Below, in pieces: positions 10,199 to 20,224 of a stretch of 64,000 nucleotides of DNA (the first letter of the stretch is position 1; every line of letters starts with the position of its first letter). The stretch comes from Planctomycetota bacterium. GTDB lineage: Bacteria > Planctomycetota > PLA2 > JAEUHO01. The position numbers and the translations under genes are program-made. The DNA is taken from contig CBDCTJ010000007.1 of assembly GCA_965222115.1 (NCBI GenBank), positions 2,452,691-2,516,690 of the forward strand, given 5' to 3'. Below the pieces are notes generated by a model, which was not told where the DNA came from, ran no database searches, and saw only the letters and a program-made list of their open reading frames with translations.

Positions 10199-10269
10199 TG
10201 CGCCAAAAATACCTGGTATTTCTGGCGCACCGCGGAGCACGCGCCACAAAAGGCAGGCCTTTGTGGCGC
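10199..10269. repeat. two adjacent palindromes in the hflX / secDF convergent intergenic region (possible bidirectional terminator or REP-like element)
   Basis: TGCGCCAAAAATACC-T-GGTATTTCTGGCGCA at 10199..10229 (15-bp arms, 1 mismatch) and GCGCCACAAAAGGC-a-GCCTTTGTGGCGC at 10241..10269 (perfect arms); the first unit is the same family as three copies at 43160..43339. Confidence 0.7.
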
Positions 10270-10295
10270 GGGCCATTTCTGGTGGGGCGGGTGAG

Positions 10296-13200
10296 TTAGG
10301 TGGCGGCGGGGGCGAGTTCGGAGTCGCCCTCGACCTTGTGGGTGAGTGCCCAGGGAACGAGCATAACGAGCCCGTAGACGAAGGCGATAGCACCAAACAC
10401 CAGCCACCATGCGAGCCACACAAGGAAGATCACCGGGCTGAGGATCAGGAGCAGCGGATTCTCCAGGCACTTGGCGAGCATGCCCTTGGGCGGCGCGAAG
10501 CCCTTGATCTTCTCCCACAGCCACGGCAAGTAGAGCAGCAGCGGCGACGAGATGGCGATCGTCGAATAGGTACCGATGATCGAACCCAGGATCAGGAGGA
10601 ACGCGAAGCCTTCCAGCACGTTTCGTTGCCCGATGTTGAACGCAAAGAGCGCCAAACACACGAGCAAGAACGTGGCCGACGTCTTGATGGTTCGCGCCAA
10701 CGTCTGATTGATCGACAGGTTGATCAATGGTGCGTCAATATCGGGTCGCTTGCCGCGGTTCTCACGAATACGGTCAAAGATGACCACCGTGTCATTGACC
10801 GAATACCCAACGAGCGTCAGGAACGCGGCCACCATTGCCAGGTTGATCTTGGCATCCACGATTCCGAGCGTATTGGCGATTGCCACCAAGCCGAGCGTAA
10901 TGGCGACGTCGTGGAAGAGACACAACACCGCCGCAAAGCCCATCGCCCGCGAACGGAATCGAATCGCGATGTACACAATGATGCCCAGCAACGACAACAC
11001 GAGTGCCAGCATGGCGTCGTTCTTCAGTCGCTGTGCGACGCTCGAACCAATCACGTCCGTCGAACGGAATGGTGCGCTCAAGCCGAAGTTTTCTTCACTG
11101 AGCCCAGCGTTTCCTACGTCCTTTGCAATCTCGGCGCGGAACTCAGGCCCGTCCAAGTACGCATCCAGTCGATTTTGAAGATCGTGCCAGTCGCCGTCGA
11201 GCGAGTCGCCGTTTGCGGCTGTGGTCTTAATCCAAATGTCAAAGGCGTTGAGTGCAGCAATCGGCTGTTTCGCCGGGCGTACCACCACCGCGCGTTTGAG
11301 TCCCTGGACTTCACTTGGAAGCTTGGGAACGTCTTTCCCATCCTCGAACTGCCAATGCGGAAACTTGGTCTGAAGTAGTGTTTCAAGCACCGTCGGTTTG
11401 ATGAGCTTGTCCGCATCACGAAATCCGATCTGCAAGTGCCATCCGCCATCGACCGCCGCGAGCGCAGGGTCGGCGCCGGCAGCGTCTTCATCGGCGGCCT
11501 TGGGGTGTTCGTATTTGGTGGGGGCCTCGAGAGACGAGTTCGGCATGAGGCGATCGTGGAGCACGCCCTCGATGTACTTCATGAACGCGCGCGACTGGAG
11601 CTCCTCGCTCAACTCGCTTTGCTTCTCATCGAACAGGCGCTGCACCTTAATTTCCGTGGAGCGCCCTTCGGTGCCCACGGCAAGAACTTGGGCACTTGGA
11701 AAGGGCCCAACATTCAGTGTGACGGGGCGCAGCTTGTCTTCGCCCTTCTCGTCTTTGTACTCCTCCTGAATCGTGACTTCGCGGGCCTCGGAGAGCGCCT
11801 GCTTTACATCGTCGACGGATGTTGTCTTGTGAAATGCGGCCTGCGCCTTGTAGCCACCCGTGAAGTCAACGTCATACAGCGTGTACTTATCGGTCCCGGC
11901 AAAGATAACCAACCCGGTAACCACAGCGGCTACGGAGATAGGCAGGAACAGTCGACGAAGCCCAATCCAGTTGGTGCGCGGTGGCACACCGGTGCCGAGC
12001 ATGCCGAGCTTCTTGAGCCAACCCTTGTGCAACATCCACTCAACGATGGTACGCGTTACGAAGATGGCCGTGAACATAGAGACCATCAGGCCGATGGCCA
12101 GCGTGATTGCGAATCCACGCACGGGACCCGAACCAAATTTGAACAGGAAGATGGCCGTAATGATGGACGTTACGTTGGCGTCGATGATGGCGCTCAGTGC
12201 GCGGTCATAGCCTTCGGACACCGCGCGGCGCAGGCTCCGGCCGCCGCGTAACTCCTCACGAATACGCTCGTTAATCAGAATATTCGCGTCCACCGCCATA
12301 CCCACGGTCAACACAATGCCGGCGATACCCGGCAGTGTGAGGACTGCCTGGAAGAACGCCAAAAAGCCCACCAGCAACACAAGGTTGAGCAGCAGCGCGA
12401 TGTTGGCCACCATGCCTGTGGCGCGGTAGTAGATGAACATGAACACAAGCACGAGCAGGAAAGCCACGATGATCGAAAGCAGGCCGCGATTTCGCGACTC
12501 ACCCGCAAGCGAGGCGCCGATTCGCGTCTGCGCTTCCAGCGTGGGCTGTACTTTCAGCGAACCGGTTTGAAGCACTGTAGCAAGCTGCTCGGCTTCCTCC
12601 TGTGTCGACCGGCCAAGCGTGATTTGCACGTTGTCTCGTAGCGTTTCCTGAATCGTGGGTGCGGAGAAGTACTCCTTGTTCAGGATGATGGCCATGGGGA
12701 GCTTCTTGTTCCGACCCGTCCACTCGGCAAACACATTTTGATATTCGTTCTTGACGTTGTAGAGCACGACCCAGCCGGGATTGCTCATATCGGCTGAAGG
12801 CGCCGCAACTGGATTGACCAGGATACGGCCATCAAAGAAATAGCGGTCGCCAGGCCCGCCGGTTTCTTCAAGTACGTGAAACTCGTTGACGTTTGATCCT
12901 GGTGCCCCTTTGGACTTGACGACTCGAAAGCGTTTGTCGGACGGCTTGTATTCGATGCCCTTGTCGCGCGCTGCCTGCCAGAGTTCGACTTCCTTCTTCT
13001 TGAATGCCTCGAATCTTCGTTCGGCGGCTTCGTCTGATTCCGTGGGCGAGAGTTTCGGCCAGACTCCTTTACGCTCGGGGATTTGATCTTCCCTATTTCC
13101 GGCTCTCGCGAGGTACGTGCTGTCCGGCAATACCTCGATTTGAAACCGCAGGTCACCGAGTTGCGTAACGAGGCCCGCAATGTAGTCGGCTCGTGACGCC

Positions 13201-13511
13201 GCGCCCGACGGCAGTGAAATCTCGAACTTGTTGTCACCCAGCGGCGTGATGTTGGTCTCCGCCAACCCGGATGCGTTGATACGTTGGTCGATGACCTTGA
13301 TCGTATCCGTGACGACCTTGACCGGATCGGTCGTAGGTTCAATATCTCCACGCGCAATCGCGCGTTCCAAATCGAGTGAAAATCGTAGGGTCGTTCCACC
13401 CTCCAAGTCTTGCCCGAGTTTGATTCCCGAGGCCAGGAAGGCCCAAATCAAGATGCCGGTGACCGCGAGGATGACCCAGAACCGGCCCTTTAGATCGGAT
13501 TGTTCAATCAT
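10296..13511 (-). CDS. secDF: protein translocase subunit SecDF (fused SecD-SecF)
   Basis: ~1070-aa multi-TM protein with large periplasmic loops and paired 6-TM bundles (FAITLAIGLMVSMFTAIFVTR; NTLGIVDAKINLAMVAAFLTLVGYSVNDTVVIFDRIRE); downstream of yajC. Start placed at ATG 13511 (MIEQSDLKGRF) with GGAG 7 nt upstream. Confidence 0.85.
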   Translation of the reverse strand: MIEQSDLKGRFWVILAVTGILIWAFLASGIKLGQDLEGGTTLRFSLDLERAIARGDIEPTTDPVKVVTDTIKVIDQRINASGLAETNITPLGDNKFEISLPSGAASRADYIAGLVTQLGDLRFQIEVLPDSTYLARAGNREDQIPERKGVWPKLSPTESDEAAERRFEAFKKKEVELWQAARDKGIEYKPSDKRFRVVKSKGAPGSNVNEFHVLEETGGPGDRYFFDGRILVNPVAAPSADMSNPGWVVLYNVKNEYQNVFAEWTGRNKKLPMAIILNKEYFSAPTIQETLRDNVQITLGRSTQEEAEQLATVLQTGSLKVQPTLEAQTRIGASLAGESRNRGLLSIIVAFLLVLVFMFIYYRATGMVANIALLLNLVLLVGFLAFFQAVLTLPGIAGIVLTVGMAVDANILINERIREELRGGRSLRRAVSEGYDRALSAIIDANVTSIITAIFLFKFGSGPVRGFAITLAIGLMVSMFTAIFVTRTIVEWMLHKGWLKKLGMLGTGVPPRTNWIGLRRLFLPISVAAVVTGLVIFAGTDKYTLYDVDFTGGYKAQAAFHKTTSVDDVKQALSEAREVTIQEEYKDEKGEDKLRPVTLNVGPFPSAQVLAVGTEGRSTEIKVQRLFDEKQSELSEELQSRAFMKYIEGVLHDRLMPNSSLEAPTKYEHPKAADEDAAGADPALAAVDGGWHLQIGFRDADKLIKPTVLETLLQTKFPHWQFEDGKDVPKLPSEVQGLKRAVVVRPAKQPIAALNAFDIWIKTTAANGDSLDGDWHDLQNRLDAYLDGPEFRAEIAKDVGNAGLSEENFGLSAPFRSTDVIGSSVAQRLKNDAMLALVLSLLGIIVYIAIRFRSRAMGFAAVLCLFHDVAITLGLVAIANTLGIVDAKINLAMVAAFLTLVGYSVNDTVVIFDRIRENRGKRPDIDAPLINLSINQTLARTIKTSATFLLVCLALFAFNIGQRNVLEGFAFLLILGSIIGTYSTIAISSPLLLYLPWLWEKIKGFAPPKGMLAKCLENPLLLILSPVIFLVWLAWWLVFGAIAFVYGLVMLVPWALTHKVEGDSELAPAAT

Positions 13512-13746
13512 GATGAAACTCCATCTGCCGCTTCCGTGCGTGCAGACCATGGACGGCGGGCCGAAGCCCGACTTCGAAAGAAAGCTCTCGTAGGTTCACT
13601 GAACGACGTTCAGATTGAGATCACGCTTACGAGAATGCGCCCAACGCACACACAGCATTCGTGCATGCGGTTCGAGTCTGCCTTGGCTAGCGCGACGTGC
13701 CGCGTCGAGGCAGTTGGGGACGGGCTAAGCCCCCAATGCATGTGGA

Positions 13747-14169
13747 TCAACAGTGCAAGACGATCGACGCGAGCCGTTCAAGGTCGGTTTGGCAGCGAGA
13801 GTCAAAGCTGTCGCGCGTGGTACGCGCCGCGAGACGTGAGCCATCCAGCGCGCTCAAAGCGGCAGGCCGTTGACCAAAGAAGAATGCGTACACGCTGCTG
13901 CCGGTGAGTTCGGCTCGTACAACGGAACACGTAATGAGGCCGTCGGTAGGTTTGTCGGTACCCAGTTTGGCACTGGCCATCGCCAGCGCCGCATTGACAT
14001 TCGTAATTGCCGAGGCTTCGCGCGCGCTGCTTTCACCATCATCGTTTGCTTGTGCCGGTGATAAGCCAAAGCACACGGGGCTCACGAGTGACAACATGAG
14101 GATGGAAACGAGTCCCATGCGACGCAACCATGTCTCGCGATTCGACATACGTGGTTCGGTAGTTCGCAT
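13747..14169 (-). CDS. hypothetical secreted protein
   Basis: ORF fills the gap between yajC and secDF on the same strand; signal-peptide-like MGLVSILMLSLVSPVCFGLSPAQA; no recognisable family; start uncertain. Confidence 0.35.
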   Translation of the reverse strand: MRTTEPRMSNRETWLRRMGLVSILMLSLVSPVCFGLSPAQANDDGESSAREASAITNVNAALAMASAKLGTDKPTDGLITCSVVRAELTGSSVYAFFFGQRPAALSALDGSRLAARTTRDSFDSRCQTDLERLASIVLHC

Positions 14170-14171
14170 CG

Positions 14172-14528
14172 TTAGGAGGTCGCCCCTTCGGTGCTTCCGC
14201 TCGTTGGGGCGGACTTTCCTGAGGTTTTACTCTCGGACCCATCCAAGACTTGCCAGATGGCGCCTTTGGTAAAGCGCATACGCACACCGCGCTTTTCATC
14301 GACCAACAACGTCACCGAGTCATTGTCCGAGGAAACGACGGTTCCATGAATGCCCGCATTGGTAATGACCTTGGTGTGTTTCTTGATGGAAGCGACTTTG
14401 GCCTCGCGATCCTTCTTTTCTCGAATCCCTGGGCGAATCACCAGGAAGTAGAAGATCATGAATACGATTAAGAGGGGGGCAAGTGCACCGAGAATGCCGC
14501 CGCCGGGTGCTGCGGAATCAGCCGCCAT
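14172..14528 (-). CDS. yajC: preprotein translocase subunit YajC
   Basis: Single TM (ILGALAPLLIVFMIFYFLVIRP) then charged segment and GGI-type region (VITNAGIHGTVVS); immediately upstream of secDF. Start placed at ATG 14528 (MAADSAAPGG). Confidence 0.75.
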   Translation of the reverse strand: MAADSAAPGGGILGALAPLLIVFMIFYFLVIRPGIREKKDREAKVASIKKHTKVITNAGIHGTVVSSDNDSVTLLVDEKRGVRMRFTKGAIWQVLDGSESKTSGKSAPTSGSTEGATS

Positions 14529-14707
14529 CCAGCTACCCAGGGATGCCGTTACCTTGGCTGTGGCTTGAACGCAGTGCAACGCGAAACTCCTGATACGAGC
14601 CCGTCATCCTAGGTAGACAGCACCCGAATCAGTCGAAATTGCTGCCCGCCGTGCGACGATGATCGCGCGGCGAGTCCTTCATTGCATTCACCATCTTTCG
14701 CTGCCAG

Positions 14708-15820
14708 ATGGTCAGGGATCCAGAATCGATGCGCCTGCTTGCCGCCCTCTCCGGAGGGGTTGACAGTGCTGTTGCCGCCGCGCGCGCCATTCAATCGGGC
14801 GCCGACGTTGTGGCTGTACACCTACGAACCGGCGTTGAGCAGGATGGCGCAGCGGCCGGCGGAGCCCGAAGTTGCTGCGGTGCGGACGATGCCCGCGACG
14901 CCCGGGCCATCGCCAGCACGTTGTCGATCCCGTTCTATGTCGTGGACGTTCGCCAATCGTTTGGTCGCGTCATCGATGCCTTTGAACGCGACTATGTGGC
15001 GGGTCGCACGCCGAGCCCGTGCGTGTTGTGCAACCAGTGGGTCAAATTCGGGCGCCTGGTTGAGATTGCCCATGAACTCGGCGCGAGCGCTGTCGTTACA
15101 GGTCACTATGCGCGTACCGAAACCACGACCGACGGACGCATCCGCTTGTTGCGTGGGCGTGATCCGCGTAAGGACCAGAGTTATATGCTCTGCCGACTGA
15201 ACCAAGATCAATTGCGGGCCGCACGGTTTCCGTTGGGTGACACAATCAAAGACGACGTTCGCGACGAAGCTCGTGAGCTTGGCCTTGGCGTTGCCGACAA
15301 GCCCGACAGTCAAGAGCTCTGTTTTCTTCCCGCGGGCGGCGCCCGTGAGTACTTGGCAAAGAAGCGCGCAAACGACAATCGTCCCGGTGTGTTTGTTGAC
15401 GAGCACGGGAACGAAGTCGCGTCACACGATGGCGCGCTGGGTTACACCATGGGTCAACGTAAGGGACTGCCCGCGGTTGGAACGCCACGCTACGTAAAGG
15501 ATGTGTCACCCAGCACCGGCGTCATTCGCATGGCGCCGCGGGAACACCTCATGCACAGTGAAGTCGCCGGTAGCGACGTCAACTGGATTGACTGCGATGC
15601 GCCGAAGAGCGGGTCGATCTTGCATGGGCTTCACGCACGGATTCGCCATGCCTCGCCACCGCAAGCGGGGACGCTTCACATCCAAGGCAACACTGTCACG
15701 TTTCGATTTGACGACCCGGTGTTTGCACCAACGCCCGGACAGGTGCTCGTCGTCTATCGCGAAGACGCCGTAGTGTGTGGCGCCACGATTGAGCCGTCCG
15801 CGGTTGATACGCAGGGCTAG
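14708..15820 (+). CDS. mnmA: tRNA-specific 2-thiouridylase MnmA
   Basis: PP-loop SGGVDSAV; catalytic-Cys regions CVLCNQWVKFGRLVE and SQELCFLP; overall MnmA length and layout. True start may be ATG 14729 (MRLLAALSGG). Confidence 0.9.
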   Translation: MVRDPESMRLLAALSGGVDSAVAAARAIQSGADVVAVHLRTGVEQDGAAAGGARSCCGADDARDARAIASTLSIPFYVVDVRQSFGRVIDAFERDYVAGRTPSPCVLCNQWVKFGRLVEIAHELGASAVVTGHYARTETTTDGRIRLLRGRDPRKDQSYMLCRLNQDQLRAARFPLGDTIKDDVRDEARELGLGVADKPDSQELCFLPAGGAREYLAKKRANDNRPGVFVDEHGNEVASHDGALGYTMGQRKGLPAVGTPRYVKDVSPSTGVIRMAPREHLMHSEVAGSDVNWIDCDAPKSGSILHGLHARIRHASPPQAGTLHIQGNTVTFRFDDPVFAPTPGQVLVVYREDAVVCGATIEPSAVDTQG

Positions 15821-16000
15821 GCACGCGCGTGGTTGTGACGAACACCATGACAACGTCGGCTCTCCATCGGGCGTATAGCTGTGATGCAGGGGAACGCGCC
15901 ACCATGAATGAGGCGCCTCGTGTCACTACCCCGTCTCGTTGGACGCCCGACTGTCACGCGCGTGACGAATCAATTGCCATACGCGCACGAACGAAAGAAC

Positions 16001-16023
16001 CCTCCGGCGCACCGCGCCGGAGG
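16001..16023 (-). terminator. candidate intrinsic terminator downstream of the HU gene
   Basis: Perfect hairpin CCTCCGGCGC-acc-GCGCCGGAGG; on the minus strand it is followed by GTTCTTTCGTT. Lies ~85 nt past the HU stop. Confidence 0.4.
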
Positions 16024-16106
16024 GCTCGGGAAACTCAGTCCGAAACAACTCGGTCAGAAACAACATGGTCTACCCAGTTGCGGAAAGGCTATGCGTTGTG
16101 GAAAGG

Positions 16107-16382
16107 CTACGGCTTGAGCTTTTCCTTGAGGGCTTTCCCCGCCCGGAACGTAACGCCCACGGACGCAGGGATTTGGATGCGCGCCCCGGTTTGGGGATTC
16201 GTACCCATTCGCGCTTTACGCTCGGAGCGGCGGAACGTTCCGAAGCCAAGAATGGCAACATCCCCTCCGCTCACGAGGCCGTGGGTGACGGACTCGACAA
16301 ATGCGTTGAGCGCGCGCTCGGCTTCGGCCTTGCTTGAGCCCAAGCGACCTGCCATCGCCTCTATTACTTCGGCTTTGTTCAT
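16107..16382 (-). CDS. hup: HU family nucleoid-associated DNA-binding protein
   Basis: 91-aa product MNKAEVIEAMAGRLGSSKAEAERALNAFVESV...ILGFGTFRRSERKARMGTNPQTGARIQIPASVGVTFRAGKALKE with the HU beta-arm signature; only the 3' 276 nt of the longer track ORF is real. Confidence 0.9.
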   Translation of the reverse strand: MNKAEVIEAMAGRLGSSKAEAERALNAFVESVTHGLVSGGDVAILGFGTFRRSERKARMGTNPQTGARIQIPASVGVTFRAGKALKEKLKP

Positions 16383-16490
16383 GGATCCTCCAGCGGCGCG
16401 ACCCCGGTGGGGCTCGCGTGACAACCCGAATCCTAGCCAACACTTGGGCCGCGGAGCACCGGAATTCGAGACTGCCCTGAGGTCGCAGGC

Positions 16491-18803
16491 GTGAAGCAAT
16501 GGACGCTGCGGGCCGGCATCCTCCTCTGTGTGGGCCTCGCCCTGGCCGATTTGCAACCAATTCCCATCGGTGACCCACCGCCTCCCAGGCTGATTCTTGA
16601 CGTTTCCGCAAGCATGGGTCCCGCCGCTCAAGAGCATCCGGATGACATAAAATACGGTTATCCAGTAACTTATGTCGCATCCAGGGCGGCGGATATGCGC
16701 CTAGGGCAAGCCCCGCCCCAAGTAGGAACGGGCGCGACGCGGCTCGGAGAGGCCATTCGAAGGGCGCCCGAGGGTACAACCTTGATTTTGGTGAGCGACG
16801 GATTGGATACCGATGGCGATGCCATCATGGCGTCCCGTGACCACCACCAAAAAGGCGGTCGCGTCTTCACACATCCGCCCAAATCCAGCGTTGCAGACGT
16901 GGGTTTGACCTCGCTGCGGGTGATTTCCGAGCGGCCTCGGGCCACATTCGAAGCCGAGCTTCATGCGACGACTTCCGGCGAAGCCCGACTGACACTTCAG
17001 CGTGAAGACCGAATTGCATTGGAGCGGACCCTCTCATTCGTGGCGGGCGAGACGAGGACCGTTGAGTTGGTGGATACCGTGCCCGTTGCCCGGGATGCGC
17101 CGCGAGCGCGCTACCGCGTTCGTCTAACGGTTGGCGCTGAGACGCCCAATGACATCGCCGAAAACGACGAGCTTAACGTTGTGCTTCAAGCCGGGACGCG
17201 ACGCGCCCTGTGGTGGGGCGATCCCAATCTCGATCGCGATGCGTTGGCCCAGCGATCGGATGTCGCCATTCAGGTGGTCGACGTGTTGCGAGCCGCCGAA
17301 GTACGCGCCGCCGATGTTCTCGTAGTCTCGAACATCCCCTACTACGAGATTCGAGGACACACCGACGTCATCGAGTCATTTGTGGCGCGCGGCGGAAGCC
17401 TGCTCATGCTTGGAGGGCCCGACGCTTATGCAGGAGGTGGTTGGGGAGGGACGCACCTCGAGGAGCGTCTGTCGGCGCTGCAATCCAAGCGATCCGATCG
17501 AACCGCATTGGCACTCGTTCTTGCGCTTGATCACAGCGGGAGTATGGCGGGTGGCGCACTCCAGCGATTACGCGAATCGGTGCGGACCGCGGTTGCAGGG
17601 CTCGCACCCGATGAACGGCTTGCGGTCTTGCCTTTCTCTTCCGGTCGCGATGCCACCCTGTTGACGCCGGGGTTCGTTTCGCGCGACGACACGGCGGCGG
17701 TTGAAACGTTGCTGCATGCGCTAGATGGATTGGAGGCGCGAGGGAGCACGCAGTTACTTCGTGCCATACAAGCGTCGGCGGCTCACCTGCGAGATGTGGA
17801 TGCACGCGAGCGACGGGTGGTACTGCTCAGCGATGGCGATCCCGACCACGAGTTGAGTGAATCGGAACTCGAAGCCACACGGAAGATCTTGGTTGAAGAG
17901 CAAATCGGGTTCGGCGCACTTGTCGTGGGCATGAAACGCGTGGCCGATCGCCTTGTGACGTTGTCGTCCAATCCCAAGGATGTGGTGTTGCTGCGCCAGC
18001 CCGGCGCCTTTCCCGATTCGCTCCGACGACAGTTGCAACGTCGTCGTCGCAGTAAGGAACGTGTCAATCCTCCCATCACGCTAGTGATCGATGACGCTAC
18101 TCGTTGTCCCATCGATGCGAAGCTTACGATTCACTTTGCACATCGTCTGAGCGTCCATCCACAAGCCATTCGCATTGCACGGTTGACCGCCGGCCGCGGT
18201 CGAGAGTTGCTTCCCTTTGCCGCAGAGCGGCGGGTGGGGGCGGGCACCGTCGTGTCGGTGGCCTGGGGCCCTGAAGGTGAGCGCTCCATAGACCACGCAC
18301 GCGCCACGGACGCGTTGCTGCCGCTGGTCGTTCGCCTTGCCGCGCGCTCGGATCGCGGTCTCGCGGCCGAGATCAATGGAAACGAACTCATGGTTGTGGC
18401 GCCATTTGCAGCGAGCCTCGGTGTCTTGTCGCTGCTAGATGGCGAAGAACGGCCTGTGGGCGAGCTAATTGAACGTGAACCTGGCATGTTTGTTGGACCC
18501 ATCCCGCTCGCCGACGGACTGTCGATTCGCCATGGGGACGCCCGGCACACACTGCGTCTGCCGGCGCGGCCCGCGCCCGAATTTCGTCGCATTGGCACCG
18601 ACGAGATATCGCTCATGCGCATTGCGGATGCCGGTGGCGGGCGCCTACTGCAACGTGGGCAGTCGCCGCCACGCGCCGAGACGTTTCGCGGTTCCTCGTG
18701 GGCGCCGTGGTTTCTTCTCGCGGCGCTATTGCTCTTCGTGTGGGAACGTCACGAGTCAAACACCGCCAAACGTATGGCGCTTGGTGATGCGCTTGCCGGA
18801 TGA
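16491..18803 (+). CDS. von Willebrand factor A (VWA) domain protein, two VWA/MIDAS modules, signal peptide and C-terminal TM
   Basis: N-terminal signal sequence LRAGILLCVGLALA; MIDAS-like DxSxS motifs LILDVSASMG and LALDHSGSMAG; C-terminal hydrophobic WAPWFLLAALLLFVW; GTG start. Confidence 0.7.
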   Translation: MKQWTLRAGILLCVGLALADLQPIPIGDPPPPRLILDVSASMGPAAQEHPDDIKYGYPVTYVASRAADMRLGQAPPQVGTGATRLGEAIRRAPEGTTLILVSDGLDTDGDAIMASRDHHQKGGRVFTHPPKSSVADVGLTSLRVISERPRATFEAELHATTSGEARLTLQREDRIALERTLSFVAGETRTVELVDTVPVARDAPRARYRVRLTVGAETPNDIAENDELNVVLQAGTRRALWWGDPNLDRDALAQRSDVAIQVVDVLRAAEVRAADVLVVSNIPYYEIRGHTDVIESFVARGGSLLMLGGPDAYAGGGWGGTHLEERLSALQSKRSDRTALALVLALDHSGSMAGGALQRLRESVRTAVAGLAPDERLAVLPFSSGRDATLLTPGFVSRDDTAAVETLLHALDGLEARGSTQLLRAIQASAAHLRDVDARERRVVLLSDGDPDHELSESELEATRKILVEEQIGFGALVVGMKRVADRLVTLSSNPKDVVLLRQPGAFPDSLRRQLQRRRRSKERVNPPITLVIDDATRCPIDAKLTIHFAHRLSVHPQAIRIARLTAGRGRELLPFAAERRVGAGTVVSVAWGPEGERSIDHARATDALLPLVVRLAARSDRGLAAEINGNELMVVAPFAASLGVLSLLDGEERPVGELIEREPGMFVGPIPLADGLSIRHGDARHTLRLPARPAPEFRRIGTDEISLMRIADAGGGRLLQRGQSPPRAETFRGSSWAPWFLLAALLLFVWERHESNTAKRMALGDALAG

Positions 18804-19662
18804 AATGATGGCGAGCGATATGCCACTTCGCGTTCCCACCATCCGCGCGCTCGCGTTCTCGGTTCCAATCGCACTTTTGTTCGTGCTGGCCGGTTGCCAA
18901 TCGGGCTCTGTGGCGGGCAAGGCGGATGGGGAGCTTGAGCGCAAGCCCTCCGATCGCAAGCTGGCAAAGCGCAAGGCTGCGAAGTCGCGATCGTTCTACT
19001 TGGGCTCAAAGGAGACCCAGGCATCGATCGCCCGCGACATTGAAGCGCTCGCCACCGCCTCGCCCGATCAGCATGCGACGATTCACCGTCGGCTTGTGGG
19101 TCGGGGGGAAGCATCCGTGCCCAAGCTCATGAAGGCGCTGACGCACCAAAGTCCACGTATCCGTATGCGCGCAGCGTACTCACTCGGCAGGTTGAACGAC
19201 GTACGATCATTCGATGCATTGGCAGCCGCGCAGCGGGATACCGATCCCGCCGTGGCGTTTGAGGCCGCAACGGCATTGGCTCGCTGCAAAGACGACCGCG
19301 GGTTGCCGCTGTTGATTCGCGGGCTGTCCCATGCGAAGGCCACAACGCGTGCTAGGTGTATGCAAGTACTCAATGAATGCACGGGTGAGACGTTCGGCTT
19401 TGTTGCCAACGACCGCTTGGAGGATCGGGAAGCAGCGATTGCGCGTTGGCAAGGGTGGCTCGACCGACGCCGCTACGAACTCTACGACCACCATCGTGAA
19501 GAAAGTGAGTCGTCACGCGCCAAGCCGGGTGCTTCAGCGAGCGCGGACGCGGATTCAGATGGCCTGGGTCTCCCCATTGCACCGCGTAAAGGTCCATCGA
19601 ACCAACCTGTCGATGAGCCGCCGCCCGTTGTTGGCTACGGCAGCCCGGATGGGGACGGGTAG
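18787..19662 (+). CDS. HEAT-repeat lipoprotein
   Basis: Signal peptide plus lipobox (ALLFVLAGCQSG); HEAT/PBS-lyase-like repeats (SPRIRMRAAYSLGRLND, DTDPAVAFEAATALARCKD, AKATTRARCMQVLNE); acidic low-complexity tail. Start ambiguous (18787, 18805 or 18820). Confidence 0.5.
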   Translation: MRLPDEMMASDMPLRVPTIRALAFSVPIALLFVLAGCQSGSVAGKADGELERKPSDRKLAKRKAAKSRSFYLGSKETQASIARDIEALATASPDQHATIHRRLVGRGEASVPKLMKALTHQSPRIRMRAAYSLGRLNDVRSFDALAAAQRDTDPAVAFEAATALARCKDDRGLPLLIRGLSHAKATTRARCMQVLNECTGETFGFVANDRLEDREAAIARWQGWLDRRRYELYDHHREESESSRAKPGASASADADSDGLGLPIAPRKGPSNQPVDEPPPVVGYGSPDGDG

Positions 19663-19667
19663 GTCCT

Positions 19668-20204
19668 ATGCAATCTCGCGAGCTTGCCATCGTCGTCTGT
19701 TTTGTGTTGGCCTTGTGCATTTCGGCATGCGGTGCAAAGCAAACCGGGCCCAAAAAGTCGCCCGCCGAATGGGTGGAACTCGCCGATCGTTATATGACGG
19801 CTAAGTCATGGCGCGAGGCGGGCAATGCGTATGTCTATGCGTTTCGACTAATCGATCCGGTACCGAGTGCATTGCAAGAAAGAGCGCTGCTTGCATTTCG
19901 GGCTGGCATGTCATTTGGCCGCGAAGCGCGTCACACAGACCCAAAGCTCGCGTTTACTTATGCGCGCGCAGCGTCGTTTTGGTTGACGCATACGTTGCGA
20001 CTGCAGCCCAAGATGCGTCAAGCGCTCTATGAACGAGCGTTGTTGTACGAAACAAAGCTTGAAGGCATCGAAAATGTCGATCACGCCAAGCGCGACTACA
20101 AGGCGTATGTAGAGGCTACGGAGGCGTTGGGTGATGAACTTCCCGAGTCGGAACGTGGTCGAGTGAACCATGCAAGGGAACGGTTGGTGGCGCTGGGGAG
20201 GTAG
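19668..20204 (+). CDS. lipoprotein, unknown function
   Basis: Signal peptide and lipobox (CFVLALCISACG); helical, TPR-like composition. Confidence 0.45.
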   Translation: MQSRELAIVVCFVLALCISACGAKQTGPKKSPAEWVELADRYMTAKSWREAGNAYVYAFRLIDPVPSALQERALLAFRAGMSFGREARHTDPKLAFTYARAASFWLTHTLRLQPKMRQALYERALLYETKLEGIENVDHAKRDYKAYVEATEALGDELPESERGRVNHARERLVALGR

Positions 20205-20224
20205 GCCGCTGGACGCGGCCTGAG

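Noticed and set aside
10263-11378. 371-aa ORF on the plus strand inside secDF
   Set aside because: Antisense to a conserved, confidently identified gene; translation is a low-complexity charged string (DGDRR, EQERG runs) typical of antisense frames in GC-rich DNA.
16107-16637. 176-aa track ORF containing the HU gene
   Set aside because: Only the C-terminal 91 aa (from ATG 16382) match HU; the upstream part is Arg/Pro-rich non-coding-like sequence.
18469-18786. N-terminal extension of the HEAT lipoprotein ORF overlapping the 3' end of the VWA gene
   Set aside because: It overlaps the VWA coding frame; the signal peptide and lipobox start only after the VWA stop at 18803, so the long ORF is an artefact of an open frame.
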